DNA from: Macrostomum lignano
Lineage: Eukaryota
NCBI GenBank assembly: GCA_002269645.1
Contig: NIVC01001908.1
Location: forward strand, 124,001-188,000
Reading direction: 5' to 3'
DNA length: 64,000 nt
Position 1 is the first letter of the stretch. Each line of letters starts with the position of its first letter. A program made the position numbers and the translations under genes. The notes below the pieces were generated by a model, which saw only the letters and a program-made list of their open reading frames with translations, made no database searches and was not told the DNA's origin. Positions 26,664 to 39,347 of the stretch are shown piece by piece.

Positions 26664-28754
26664 ATGCAGCCGCTCTCCATCATGAAGCAGCTCTGCATCG
26701 CCATTTCAATCGCCGCCACCTTCTCAGCCGCGTCCGCCAAGACGGGCCGCGTGGAGCTGCGGCACAGCTTCGTCGAGGAGCTGCCCGTGGGCAGCCGCGT
26801 CGCCGACCTTCGCCGACTGCTCCGCGAGCAGGCCGGCCGTGCTGACGCCGACTCACCCGAGCTCGAATTCACGACACTGTCAGACGCGGGCGGCCTCTTG
26901 AGCGTCGATCCGGCAAGCGGCGCCGTGGAGATTCGCTCGCGCATCGACCGGGAGTCCATCTGCTCGCTGGTGGACACCTGCTGTCCGAGCGCCAGCAGCC
27001 AGGACTGCCGCCTGTCGCCCACCGTCGGCCTGCTGGACTCCCGGCTGCCAGCGGGAAACTTCCGCGACATCATACAGCTGGAACTCGATGTTATCGACGT
27101 CAACGATAACGCTCCGCGTTGGACGATGGCGCGGCTGCAGCTGGAGATGGCGGAGCACACGCAGCCGGGCGAACGTATCAGCCTGCAGCTGGCCGAGGAC
27201 CCGGACAGAGCGCCGGACAACACCACCAGCTCCTACAGCCTGTTGTCTGCCTCACAGCCTGGCGCCTTCCGAGTGGCCTACGAGCGACGGTCCGGCGGCC
27301 GAGACCCGACCGCCGCTGCTCCGCACGTCTGGCTGGAGGTGCTCGCCGACCTCGACAGGGAGACGCGGCCCAACCACGAGCTAGTGATCGCTGCCGTGGA
27401 TGGCGCTGCGCGTCCTCTGACCGGCTCGGTCACCGTCAGCGTCCAGCTCATCGACATCAACGACAATGCGCCGGTATTCAAACGGCGCTACGACGAGGGA
27501 CCCGACACGGTCGTGCCGGAGTCTCTGCCGCCGGGCAGCGAGCTGCTCCGCGTGGAGGCCACCGACAGGGACCAGTCCGACAGCCTGAGCTACCGCTTCA
27601 GCGTCTCCGCCAGCCAGGCCGTCCTCAATGACTTCAAAATCGACGCCAAAACCGGAGTAATCTCGGTGCAGCAGCTCGACTACGAGATCCGCCGCGAGTA
27701 CAGCATCCCCGTCACTGTGTCTGACGGCAAGCACCCCGTCGAGACCACCGTTAAAGTCCGCGTCCAGAATGTCAACGACAACCCGCCGGTGATCACGGTG
27801 AAGAGCGTCCAGCCCGACGCTGCGCCAACAGACGCGCTGCAGATCCTCGAGAAGTCGCCGCCGGGCAGCCTCATTGCCACCGCGGACGTGAAAGACGCCG
27901 ACGACAAAGGCATGGAGCAGCGGCTTGACTGCAGCGTGCAGCCACCCGGCCAGTTCGACATCCGGCCGCTGTACGAGTCGGCCAAGCACCAGTTCAAAAT
28001 TGTCAGCAGCGTCAGCTTCGACCGCGAGATCCGGGCGTCCTACTCAGCCGAGATCGTCTGCCGGGACGGCGGCAGCCCCAGCCAGGAGGGCCGGCACCGA
28101 CTCCGAATCGACGTCACCGACGTCAACGACAACCCTCCGACATTCGCAGCCACGTCGGTGCGCGCCAGCCTGGCCGAGAATTCCGGCGCCGGCGCCTTCG
28201 TGGCGCAGCTGCACGCCGACGATCCAGACGAGGGCGCCAACGGCAGGGTGCGCTACTCGATAGCGCCGACCTCCGCCGCCGATTTCAACGTCGACGCGTA
28301 CAACGGCACCGTGACGGCGCGGCGGAGCTTCGATCGGGAGAAAGTCGATGTTTTGAACGCCTTCGTGTTCGCCGAGGACTCACCGAGGACAGGCGGCCGA
28401 GAGGCGCTGACCGCCACCGCCAGTCTGGTGGTCGAAATCGCCGACTTGAACGACTGTCGGCCGCAACTGAACCGCCGCCGCTACGACCTCGCGGTGGAGG
28501 AGGGAGCGGCAGCCGGCGCCCGGCTTGGCAGCGCCACCGCCGTTGACTGCGACGTCGAGCCGCGGCACCGGAACGTCAGCTTCCGCTTGGAGCCCGACGA
28601 CAGCAGCGGCGGCGGCTTAGTCGAGTTGTTCAGAGTGTCGCCCGACGGCGGCGTGTTCACCACGGGGGCTGGCGAGCTGGACCGCGAGCAGCGCGACTCG
28701 CACAGCTTCCTGCTGGTGGCCGACGACGGGGCTGGACTGGCCGACACAGCGCAG
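26664..28754 (+). CDS. Protocadherin (7 EC repeats, delta-like), coding exon 1: signal peptide, EC1 to most of EC6
   Basis: Acceptor TCTGCAACAG| at 26660; ATG at 26664 or 26682; signal peptide MKQLCIAISIAATFSAASA; repeated DRE, DxNDNxP and AxDxD motifs; donor CAG|GTGGGA at 28755, phase 0. Confidence 0.95.
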
Positions 28755-28811
28755 GTGGGATTGGCGTGGGATTTGGGTGGGATTGGGGTGGGATTTGGGT
28801 GGGATAGGGGG

Positions 28812-28935
28812 GTTTCACAAGCTCGAAAATTTCACAACGTCGAAAGCACCTTCTTTCACAAGGTCGAAACTTCACAAGGTCAAAGTTTTCGACGTTGTGA
28901 AATTTCGACCTTATGAAGTCCCTTGTGAAAGCACC
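28812..28935. repeat. Small foldback element: ~15-16 bp units (TTCACAAGGTCGAAA) in direct then inverted orientation, flanked by GTGGGATTG repeats
   Basis: AATTTCACAACGTCGAAA (28828-28845) is the exact reverse complement of 28887-28904. Confidence 0.8.
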
Positions 28936-29076
28936 CCTGTGAGATTGGGGTGTGGGGTGGGATTGGAGTGTGGGGTGGGATTGGAATGGGATTGAGTTGG
29001 GATTAGGGTGGGATTGGAGTGAAGTTGTATAAACTGGCAGTTACACAGTGCCGTTGGTCCCCACCGCCGCACTCAG

Positions 29077-29740
29077 GTGTCAGTTTCAGTGCTGGACCGC
29101 AACGACAACCGGCCCCGCTGGATGTTCCCTGGCGAGTCCGGCCGCACGTTGAACATCTCGCAGCACCGGCCAGTCGGCAGCCCCATCGCTCACCTACACG
29201 CCATCGACGCTGACTATGGGGACAACGGCACGGTGGTGTACAGCCTGCTCGCCCCGCAACCCTACGACAACCTCTTCGTGGTCAGCAGAGACGGCGTGCT
29301 GTCTCTGGGCCGTCCTGTGGACCCCAAGCGCGACTTGTCGACGGTGCACCGTCTGGTGCTGAACGCCTCCGACCGCGGCCGGCCCCGCCCGCTGAACAGC
29401 ATCGAGACGATGGAGATCCGCATCCTGGAGCAGCCGGACAGCGCCTTCGGTGGACCGTCCGCTCGGACTTCCGAGAGCAACCTGGTGATCATCGTTGCCA
29501 TGGTGACGGTGACGCTAGCCGTATCGCTGGTGCTGATCGGGGCGATCTTCTGTCTGAGGTGTCGCACCTGCGGTGGTCGAAGGAGACGGCGGAGAGGCAA
29601 GGTGAACAGACAGCAGCAGCAGGAGCAGCAGCAGTTGCCCCTGACGCCGCCGCCGTCGCCGCCGCCACCGATGCCGCCGCCGCCGCTCCTGCTGGGCCCG
29701 TCAGCTGGCGATTATTCACCGAACTGCGGCTATCACTGCG
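29077..29740 (+). CDS. Protocadherin exon 2: end of EC6, EC7, transmembrane helix, juxtamembrane region
   Basis: ACTCAG| acceptor; VSVSVLDRNDNRP completes EC6; TM LVIIVAMVTVTLAVSLVLIGAIFCL followed by a basic stop-transfer stretch; donor G|GTGAGT at 29741, phase 1. Confidence 0.93.
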
Positions 29741-29929
29741 GTGAGTGCGGGGCACTGCCCGAGTGGCCTGACCAGCGCAAATTCCGCGGATTTTCCGCGG
29801 GGTTTCCGCGTTTTTTCTAGCTGATTATTCAGTATTTATAAAGTATTTCAATGATTTTTTAATTACTCAAGATTCTTTGAGTCATCGCATTTGAGGATCT
29901 AAAAGAATAGATTCCTAAAGTAGAATATC

Positions 29930-30260
29930 AGAATTGGCCCATTTTAAAATCTCATTAGTTGGCCCATTTTAAAATCTCATTAGTTGGCGCCATTTTACAA
30001 TCCCATTAGTTGGCGCCATTTAACAATCCCATTAGTTGGCGCCATTTTACAATCCCATTAGTTGGCGTCATTTTATAATTTCATAGTTGGCGCCATTTTG
30101 CAATCTCAGATTGGCGTCATTTTGCAATATCATAGTTTGCGCCAGTTTACAATCTCCGAATTAGCGCCATTTTACAATCTCAGATTGGCGCCATTTTACC
30201 ATCGCAGATTTGCGCCATTTTACAATATCGTAGTTGGCGCGAGTTTGCAATATCAGATTT
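29930..30260. repeat. Degenerate ~26 bp repeat (TTGGCGCCATTTTACAATCCCATTAG)
   Basis: Seen directly; decays rightwards. Confidence 0.85.
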
Positions 30261-30793
30261 TAGCGCATCAAAAGGCTCAGCTGATGCAGTCCCTCATTTT
30301 GCTCGCAGCCCTGTGCGGGAATCAGTACATCGGCACACCCCATGCTTTTGATTTGTTTCTTCAGCTGCCGCTGTCAGCGTCTGACCCTCCTGGTGGGCCT
30401 CCTTTGTTCCACCCAAGGATCGTCTGGTTTCTCCTTATTTAGGGAGCGGGACCCACCTACTTAGAGAAATTTCCCAACCCCCCAGTCTGGGGAGTGTTTG
30501 TGCACCTGCCGCTGAAGCCAGCGCTCCCGCAACGAGTGTTGGAAGCCACTAAAGCTTTTTTGAGCTAACTGCTTAGACCCCAGGACTGCTCACGCAAGTT
30601 GCTGGGAAGCAGTTGAAAAAAGTTTCAATACTGAGCAAACCGGGCAAGGATTTGAGCAGTTTTATTTCCGATTGCCGGCGAGCTCCTGGGAATTCCAGCC
30701 TGCTGCGGTCATTTTGTTCATTTCGGAATTTCTGACTTTTTATTGTAAAATAAAACTCACAGAGGATAGGGAGAAAAGCTCACATAAACTCTG

Positions 30794-31235
<442 letters not shown>

Positions 31236-32059
31236 CAGACACCAATAAACCAGTGAAAGCACCTGTAACCGCTTCCTGACTCAGCCACTCTACAGATGAA
31301 GGGAATGTGCGGTGACAATTAAACACACCTGCCCTCAGCTGTCACTCACAGACATTTATATTAGATATTTTGTCATTTCCAATAAGCCCATGCCCCTCAA
31401 TAAACCCCATTGTTTAAAGGCTCATCTTCCATACACTAGCCAGCACTCTATTGTTTTTTCTTTCAAAAGTGACTGACACAACCCGCCTGACAACAAAATC
31501 ACGGTGTTGACGAAGTGCCTCTAAAAAATTTTTATACATATTGAGCCTCTTCACCTTGGCAACTGTCCTCCCCAACCCACTGGTGTCGGCGCCTGTTTGA
31601 GCTGAGCATTGAGTTTCTCAATCTCTCCGAGCTTCGTTCGAGGCCACTTCAAATTTGGCTTCTCCTCGACCGGCTCAAAATTCAACAATAATGAAGAAGC
31701 TTGTTGCGTCACTGCTCCGGGGCTGACTTTTGCCGGTGCGGCCTGTTTGAAGAGACACACGGAGAGGTGGGGCATCAAATTTCGAGCTGGAATATCAGAG
31801 TCTGTCTAAGCTGCCTCGCCCCAAACTCACTGACTGTCTGGGCGGGACAGACACTTTTATTAACTGCCTGTCAGATTAGATAATTGTCACTCTTCAACAC
31901 TTGCCTATAGCTATATTGTCGAAATCAGTTCGTTATGTGCTATTAAGAATCGATTTTATAAATGCGTAGTTTATTTCGGATACTTTGGGACATCTTGCCC
32001 TCCTTCCTGCTCTCCTCTTTTTGTGCTTTTCTCTTCCCGTATGTCTTTGATCTTCTCTC

Positions 32060-32420
32060 TATTCTATCTCTCCACTCTCCACTCTCCTCTACCCGCTCTC
32101 CACTCTCCCCTCTCCACTCTCCGCTCTCCCCTCTCCCCTCTCCACTCTCCCCTCTCCCCTCTCCACTCTCCCCTCTCCCCTCTCCTCTACCCGCTCTCCA
32201 CTCTCCCCTCTCCACTCTCCCCTCTCCTCTACCCGCTCTCCACTCTCCCCTCTCCACTCTCCACTCTCCTCTACCCGCTCTCCACTCTCCCCTCTCCACT
32301 CTCCCCTCTCCCCTCTCCACTCTCCCCTCTCCCCTCTCCTCTACCCGCTCTCCACTCTCCCCTCTCCACTCTCCCCTCTCCTCTACCCGCTCTCCACTCT
32401 CCCCTCTTCACTCTCCAACA
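32060..32420. repeat. CT-rich low-complexity repeat (CTCTCCCCT/CTCTCCACT units) just before an acceptor
   Basis: Seen directly. Confidence 0.9.
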
Positions 32421-32477
32421 GCACATCCTTAGCAGGGCTCGTCTCTAGAGCACCACCAAAAAACCACCTATTTCCAG

Positions 32478-32590
32478 ACTCAGCGGTACGGCCCGACCCG
32501 ATGGCCGACAGCCGCTACCAAGTGCAGTTGCCGCTCAGCCCGCTGGACAGCGAGGCCACCGTCAGGAGGGTCGCCTTCACCGGCAGTGAG
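32478..32590 (+). CDS. Protocadherin exon 3 (cytoplasmic): DSAVRPDPMADSRYQVQLPLSPLDSEATVRRVAFTGSE
   Basis: TTCCAG| acceptor, |GTGAGA donor; phase 1 in and phase 0 out keeps the frame open; GC-rich coding style. Confidence 0.7.
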
Positions 32591-33165
32591 GTGAGAAATG
32601 TCCCTTGGTGATCAACAGGTATTTTAGGCTGTTTTATAAGAATCAGCAAACCCATGAGACTGTTTCAACCTTGTTGTCAACCGAGATTGCAGGCGAGGCT
32701 CTTAGACAGTGTGCGGCGCATCAGTTTAGGAAAGAAATATTTTACAATTCGCTGCAAACGGCCTTTATGACTCACTGGCGAGTTGTGGCAGGCTGGAGCA
32801 AATTCCGACTCAGTGTAGATCAAAGAGCTCACGGGTTTCTTTTTAAAAGTCAATGCCTTGAGAACACAGTCGTCTTTTTTAGAAGTAAAAACTTCACAGA
32901 TGCGTCAGAAACGACGCGGGTCATTAGCGGGGGTGATGCTTCCCGACTCTCGCCACGCATCCTTACTCTCTTTGGGTAAATTCCCGTTTTTAATCTTCTG
33001 AGTTGTGTCAAATACGGTTCTCTAGGTCTGGATTATGGAATTACCCGAATCCAATCACCTCAGTTGAACTCGCATCAATGATGACTCTTTTCTAGGAAAT
33101 GAAAATAACTCTTAGCAAATTATTGATGACCGCAGTCTGAAGTCTTCACATCGCCCACTTTCTCC

Positions 33166-33468
33166 CTGCCTCACTCCCTGCCTCACTCCCTTCCTCACTC
33201 CCTGCCTCACTCCCTGCCTCACTCCCTGCCTCACTCCCTGCCTCACTCCCTGCCTCACTCCCTACCTCACTCCCTGCCTCACTCCCTGCCTCACTCCCTG
33301 CCTCACACCCTGCCTCACTCCCTGCCTCACTCCCTGCCTCACTCCCTGCCTCACTCCCTGCCTCACTCCCTGCCTCACTCCCTACCTCACTCCCTGCCTC
33401 ACTCCCTGCCTCACTCCCTGCCTCACTCCCTGCCTCACTCCCTGCCTCACTCCCTGCCTCACTCCCTC
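33166..33468. repeat. 12 bp repeat (CCTGCCTCACTC), ~25 copies
   Basis: Seen directly. Confidence 0.96.
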
Positions 33469-33913
33469 TGAAGGCTCTAAGTCCTCTCCTGATGTCACAA
33501 GACACAAGGTGATGCAGCTCGCAAACTTCTCGAAAACTTTTTCGCCCTCTCTCTGACTCTCCGTATCTGTCAAATTACAAGCTGCAGGATTTGCGAAACA
33601 GAAGCTCGCGACGCCGGCAGATTAAGGTGATAGAACTAAAAAGCAGTAGAACAAAATTTCTAGCAAAGCCGAAGAACAAGAAGAAGAAGACTGAGTAGTG
33701 AGCGAAACGCGCTCAAGCAATGGACGAACGGATGGACTGGCGCAAATGAATGAATGGATTTCGTCTCTCAGAACCCCGGACGTCTTAATCCGTCCGCCCC
33801 TGTCGTTTCCCTAATTAGCAAAATCCCTCATCTGCCTGCAGCGCTGCCCATTTCCTATATTTCTACGCTATCAATTCGTGCCCCTGTCTAACCTAGCCGC
33901 TATTCTGTTGCAG

Positions 33914-34004
33914 GGGAAAATTCTGCTAGATGACGCCGAGAGTCTGGACAGCGGCAAAGGCTGCAGCAGCGACAACGGCAGCAGATCAATGAAGGCCGCT
34001 AAAG
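33914..34004 (+). CDS. Protocadherin exon 4 (cytoplasmic): GKILLDDAESLDSGKGCSSDNGSRSMKAAK
   Basis: TGTTGCAG| acceptor, G|GTAATT donor; DSGKG resembles the DSGxGDS motif of delta-protocadherin tails; phases consistent. Confidence 0.75.
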
Positions 34005-34124
34005 GTAATTAAAAAATTTACCTTTTTAGCTGTTTTTTCTTTCTCACATTTGTATATTACTTATAGCAATAGAGTGGTGACATCATAGATATTTTACTTC
34101 CTGTCAAATTAGTTTAGGGGAAGA

Positions 34125-34280
34125 CACTGGGGTAAGTACAGGGAGAGAGAGAAGGGGTGGTGGGTGGGTGGAGTAAGTACAAGGAGAGAGAGAAGAGGTG
34201 GGTGTGCTAAGTACAGGGAGAGAGAGAGGTGGGTGGGTGGGGTAAGTACAGGGAGAGAGAGAAGGGGTGGGTGGGGTAAG

Positions 34281-34321
<41 letters not shown>

Positions 34322-34660
34322 GGTGGGTGTGGTAAGTACAGAGAGAGAGAAGGGGTGGGTGTAGTAAGTACAGAGAGAGAGAAGGGGTGGGTTGGGTAAG
34401 TACAGGGAGAGAGAAGGGGTGGGTGTGGTAATTACAGAGAGAGAGAAGGGGTGGGTGTGGTAATTACAGAGAGAAGGGGTGGGTGTGGTAAGTACAGAGA
34501 GAGAGAAGGGGTGGGTGTAGTAAGTACAGAGAGAGAGAAGGGGTGGGTTGGGTAAGTACAGGGAGAGAGAAGGGGTGGGTGTGGTAAGTACAGAGGGAGA
34601 GAAGGGATGGGTGTGGTAAGTACAGGGAGAGAGAAGGGGTGGGTGTGGTAAGTAGAAGGA
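34125..34660. repeat. ~31-35 bp purine-rich minisatellite (GGGTGGGTGTGGTAAGTACAGAGAGAGAGAAG)
   Basis: Seen directly. Confidence 0.9.
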
Positions 34661-34914
34661 GAGATTTTAATCAACAAGTAAAAAATGGCTTGCACTAACA
34701 CGTTAGTTGAATAGATTTTATCTGAATGAGACAAGTTGGTATAATGCGAGTACAGCGGATCTACTCAAAGTCCCACTTGACATCAAACATCCTGCCCAGA
34801 AGCGGTGCAATAAATAGCTGAACTTTTCTGTCGTCCAGATATTTATAGCTTCGATTTGCACGAATGAACCCAAAAATGATTCGTTTTATTGAATTTCACG
34901 ATACAATCTCTTAG

Positions 34915-35131
34915 CTGACTTCCACGCCACACTGGGCATCGATGGGAAACATCTGCGAGCAGCTCAGCACCATCAGTACCAGCCGCTGCCGCCGCCACCG
35001 CTGTCGCACCAGGCTCCACCTCAATACCAATCGGTTCAGCAGCAGCAGCCAGTGCTGAGCACATTCAGGTACAGCGTGTCGCATGACCCCATGGCAACTA
35101 TGCCGCGACGCCAGCATCCGGATTCTGGTCG
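34915..35131 (+). CDS. Protocadherin exon 5 (Pro/Gln-rich cytoplasmic)
   Basis: TCTCTTAG| acceptor, CG|GTAAGA donor; open frame in phase 1 (ADFHATLGIDGKHLRAAQHHQYQPLPPPP...HPDSG). Confidence 0.7.
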
Positions 35132-35328
35132 GTAAGAAACATCCTTAATTAAGCTGGTTGGTTGGTCAGACCGAGTGAGTTTAGCTGGTGAGTTTAGCGA
35201 TTAACGCACTCGAGGGCCAATACCAGGGCATGAGGTTATGATTGAGGCCTGCTTGTGTGCTCAGGGGGCAGCGGGAATGTGCATGACTGCTTGCCTCCCC
35301 CAAAATGTCCTTTATGGCTAACTAGTAG

Positions 35329-35554
35329 GCAACCTCGACTCCCCAAACCCAGCCCCCCGGCCGCGGTGCACTTCCAGCAGCACTCTCACGACTCATCGAC
35401 CAGCACCGGCCGTCGGCAAGGCGCTGTGGTTACCTTCAGTGCGGGCCCGACAGAGGCCAGCAGCATGAGACTGCTGCCTAGCAACAAGCAGCAGGTGTCG
35501 ACAGCCGCAGCCGATGGTCGAAATTCGCGATCACAGAACAGCAGCTTCGTCTAG
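35329..35554 (+). CDS. Protocadherin last exon, ending NSSFV* (class I PDZ-binding motif)
   Basis: TAGTAG| acceptor at 35328; phase 2 join gives R-QPRLPKP in the frame of ORF 35255..35554. Confidence 0.7.
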
Positions 35555-36649
35555 TGCGAGAATTCTCTTTCCTATCGATCAGAAATCCGACTTTGCCTGC
35601 TTGACTTTCTTTGTGATCCTTGAAATTGATCGATACATGTATAATGAAATAATCATAGGCGTGTTTACAGGTGTTTCACTTGACTTAACTGGAGAATCTG
35701 TCCACTGTCTGTCTACTTATAAATTTTAAACCGTTGTTGTCCTACTGAGAAGTAGTATTATGCGATAGTGCTTGCTTTTATGTTCACTTGTCCTAATTCT
35801 GTTCTCAAATTAGTTCACCACAAATGCTTTTTATAGTTGTTTTAAATAGCTCTTAAATCGAACTTATTTGGCGTTGTTTTGCTTAGTAACATTTGTGTCT
35901 CTATGCTTCAGCTCACAACAATCAAAGTCACTCAATTCCGACCGTCGATGTTTCGATAAAATCTATGAAATCCGTTCGTTCAGAAATGATTTTAGAACCG
36001 CTTTGATTTTTGGTCCGCTGCAGAATAAATGCGTGTAGAAATGATTCCGGCGCTCTTGTGCATTAAAATGTTTTCGTACTCTCTAGCCTTCATTCCTTAC
36101 TGCTGAAGTTTTACAAGAAATTAGCCTGGCTCGTGCATGGCACAGTTATTTGACCACCGGATACCTTGCACCACACAAGTTTCGCAGGGTTTTAAATGGC
36201 TGTCTCGGATGCGTTTGCCGCTACCGGTGGTCACAACACTGAATCAGATTTACATTCGTACGCTGCCTGTTCAGTGCAGTAGGCAAAGATCAAAGCCGCA
36301 CGGCTTAGCGTTTTAAAGAATGTATTCTAAAAGATGGCAGTCACAAGGAGTTTTGTTTAAATTTAAATTAGCTGACCATCACTGAATTTGTTTAGCACAA
36401 GCTGATGTGCTAGTGCAGTGATAAAACCCAATGTGCGTAGGTGTTAGTATAAGATGTTGCGGGCGTATCCGATTGTTTAGATTCTGCAATTAGATGCGCA
36501 CTCAGAGTGTCCACAGTTATCTCGTATCTGGTATTGAACATTTTTATACGGCTGAAATTTCTGCTAACTTATATACACCAAATTCACCATCGAAATGGCA
36601 GGCGTGAATTTGACTTGAACCTCCATTTTAGTTAGTGAGCGACTGCACA

Positions 36650-39262
36650 ATGCAGTTCAATTTTCGTGCAGCACTGCTTTGGATCAGTGCTTTTGCAGCT
36701 TTCATTTGGCCAGCCACTTCGCTTCTTGTGCTGGACAGTACAGTAGCATCTGACAATCGAATAGTCTCGTCAAACTCTAAGAATGTAACAATAATGACTG
36801 ACAGCACAAGACCAGAATCTAAAGCTACGAAGATAGATTCGGACGTCACTCAGAGCACTGAAGCTTTCACAGCTGACCTAAAGACCGACACGGACGTCAC
36901 TCAGAGCACTGAAGCTTTCACAGCTGACCTGAAGACCGACACGGACGTCACTCAGAGCACTGAAGCTTTCACAGCTGACCTGAAGACCGACACGGACGTC
37001 ACTCGGAGCATTGAAGCTTCCACTGAAGCTACGAAGACCGACACGGAAGTCACTCGGAGCATTGAAGCTTCCACAGCTGATAAGAAGACCGACAGGGACG
37101 TCACTCGGAGCATTGAAGCTTCCACTGAAGCTACGAAGACAGACACGGACGTCACTCGGAGCATTGAAGCTTCCACTGAAGCTACGAAGACAGACACGGA
37201 CGTCACTCGGAGCATTGAAGCTTCCACAGCTGACAAGAAGACCGACAGGGACGTCACTCGGAGCATTGAAGCTTCCACAGCTGATAAGAAGACCGACAGG
37301 GACGTCACTCGGAGCATTGAAGCTTCCACTGAAGCTACGAAGACAGACACGGACGTCACTCGGAGCATTGAAGCTTCCACTGAAGCTACGAAGACAGACA
37401 CGGAAGTCACTCGGAGCATTGAAGCTTCCACAGCTGATAAGAAGACCGACAGGGACGTCACTCGGAGCATTGAAGCTTCCACTGAAGCTACGAAGACCGA
37501 CACGGAAGTCACTCGGAGCATTGAAGCTTCCACAGCTGACGAGAAGACCGACACGGAAGTCACTCGGAGCATTGAAGCTTCCACAGCTGACGAGAAGACC
37601 GACACGGAAGTCACTCGGAGCATTGAAGCTTCCACAGCTGACGAGAAGACCGACACGGAAGTCACTCGGAGCATTGAAGCTTCCACAGCTGACGAGAAGA
37701 CCGACACGGAAGTCACTCGGAGCATTGAAGCTTCCACTGAAGCTACGAAGACAGACACGGAAGTCACTCGGAGCATTGAAGCTTCCACAGCTGACCTGAA
37801 GACGGACACGGCATCGGAGAAGCAAAACGAGTATTTTACATCCCCAGTCGGAAAAATGGCTGTAGAAGACGATAAAACTGTGCCCACATCAGATGCAATA
37901 GTTGACAGGAGCAGAAACAAAAGCACTTCTAAAGTGGGCAGAAAAACAAATTCACGAAATTCTCGATTTTTCGGAGAAGATATTAACCTATGGCTCTCAA
38001 CAAGCTCGACTAGCACTCCATCGCAGACAAGTTCGACTGTTCTTTCAATTCAAACGAGCTCTACGAGAGAGAATCCGACTCCGATTCAAACTCAGTCAGT
38101 CTCGCCCATCTCCACGGCTAAGACAACCTCGACGACTGTCACTCCGTCTCAGACAAAATCAACCATCACTCCGCCTCAAACAAACTCAACCATCACTCCG
38201 CCTCAAACAAACTCAACCATCACTCCTCCTCAAACAAACTCAACCATCACTCCGTCTCTAACAAACTCAACCATCACTCCACCTCTAACAAACTCAACCA
38301 TCACTCCACCTCTAACAAACTCAACCATCACTCCGTCTCTAACAAACTCAACCATCACTCCGTCTCTAACAAACTCAACCATCACTCCGTCTCTAACAAA
38401 CTCAACCATCACTCCACCTCTAACAAACTCAACCATCACTCCGTCTCTAACAAACTCAACCATCACTCCACCTCTGACAAACTCAACCATCACTCCGTCT
38501 CTAACAAACTCAACCATCACTCCGTCTCTAACAAACTCAACCATCACTCCGCCTCTAACAAACTCAACCATCACTCCGCCTCTAACAAACTCAACCATCA
38601 CTCCGCCTCTAACAAACTCAACCATCACTCCACCTCTAACAAACTCAACCATCACTCCGCCTCTAACAAACTCAACCATCACTCCACCTCAGACAAAGTC
38701 AACCATCACTCCATCTCTAACAAACTCAACCATCACTCCGCCTCTAACAAACTCAACCATAACTCCACCTCTAACAAATTCAACGATCACTCCACCTCTA
38801 ACAAGCTCAACCATCACTCCGCCTCTAACAAACTCAACCATCACTCAGCCTCTAACAAACTCAACCATCACTCAGCCTCTAACAAACTCAACCATCACTC
38901 CACCTCTAACAAACTCAACCATCACTCCACCTCTAACAAACTCAACCATCACTCAGCCTCTAACAAACTCAACCATCACTCAGCCTCTAACAAACTCAAC
39001 CATCACTCCGTCTCTAACAAACTCAACCATCACTCCACCTCTAACAAACTCAACCATCACTCCACCTCTAACAAACTCAACCATCACTCCGCCTCTAACA
39101 AACTCAACAGCTTCACAGCAGAGAAGTTCCACGGTTAGCCCCGGTCGGAGAAGCTCAATATTTTCGTCTCAATTCGAAGGCACCTTCTCCGAGAGGCCAG
39201 ATCCGAGCAACAGCTCAGAGTTTCTTCAAGAGTTCTTGCCAACCACTATAAGGCCTAAATTG
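36650..39262 (+). CDS. Type I transmembrane mucin-like protein, exon 1 (signal peptide plus two Ser/Thr-rich repeat domains)
   Basis: ATG at 36650; signal peptide MQFNFRAALLWISAFAAFIWPATS; 2.6 kb open frame; donor TTG|GTGAGC at 39263, phase 0. Confidence 0.85.
36835..37810 (+). repeat. Coding 51 bp / 17-aa repeat (TDTDVTRSIEASTEATK and variants), ~19 copies
   Basis: Seen directly, frame-preserving. Confidence 0.95.
38150..39110 (+). repeat. Coding 27 bp / 9-aa repeat (LTNSTITPP), ~35 copies
   Basis: Seen directly, frame-preserving. Confidence 0.95.
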
Positions 39263-39347
39263 GTGAGCCCCTTTTTAATTACAAGTATCTCCGCCATCAA
39301 TTCCTATTCTGACTGTAGGCTCGTACTTAACACAAAATTTGATTCAG

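Noticed and set aside
26597-28875. Many overlapping antisense or alternative-frame ORFs across the GC-rich exons (also at 47587-48077, 50494-51313, 54757-55230, 62485-63127)
   Set aside because: Shadow ORFs produced by GC3-rich codon usage of the real genes
28755-28916. C-terminal end of ORF 26565..28916 (VGLAWDLGG...)
   Set aside because: Read-through into the intron; EC6 is completed by the exon at 29077
34839-34914. Alternative acceptor GTCCAG at 34838 for protocadherin exon 5
   Set aside because: Gives an in-frame TGA after 9 codons; the 34914 acceptor keeps the frame open
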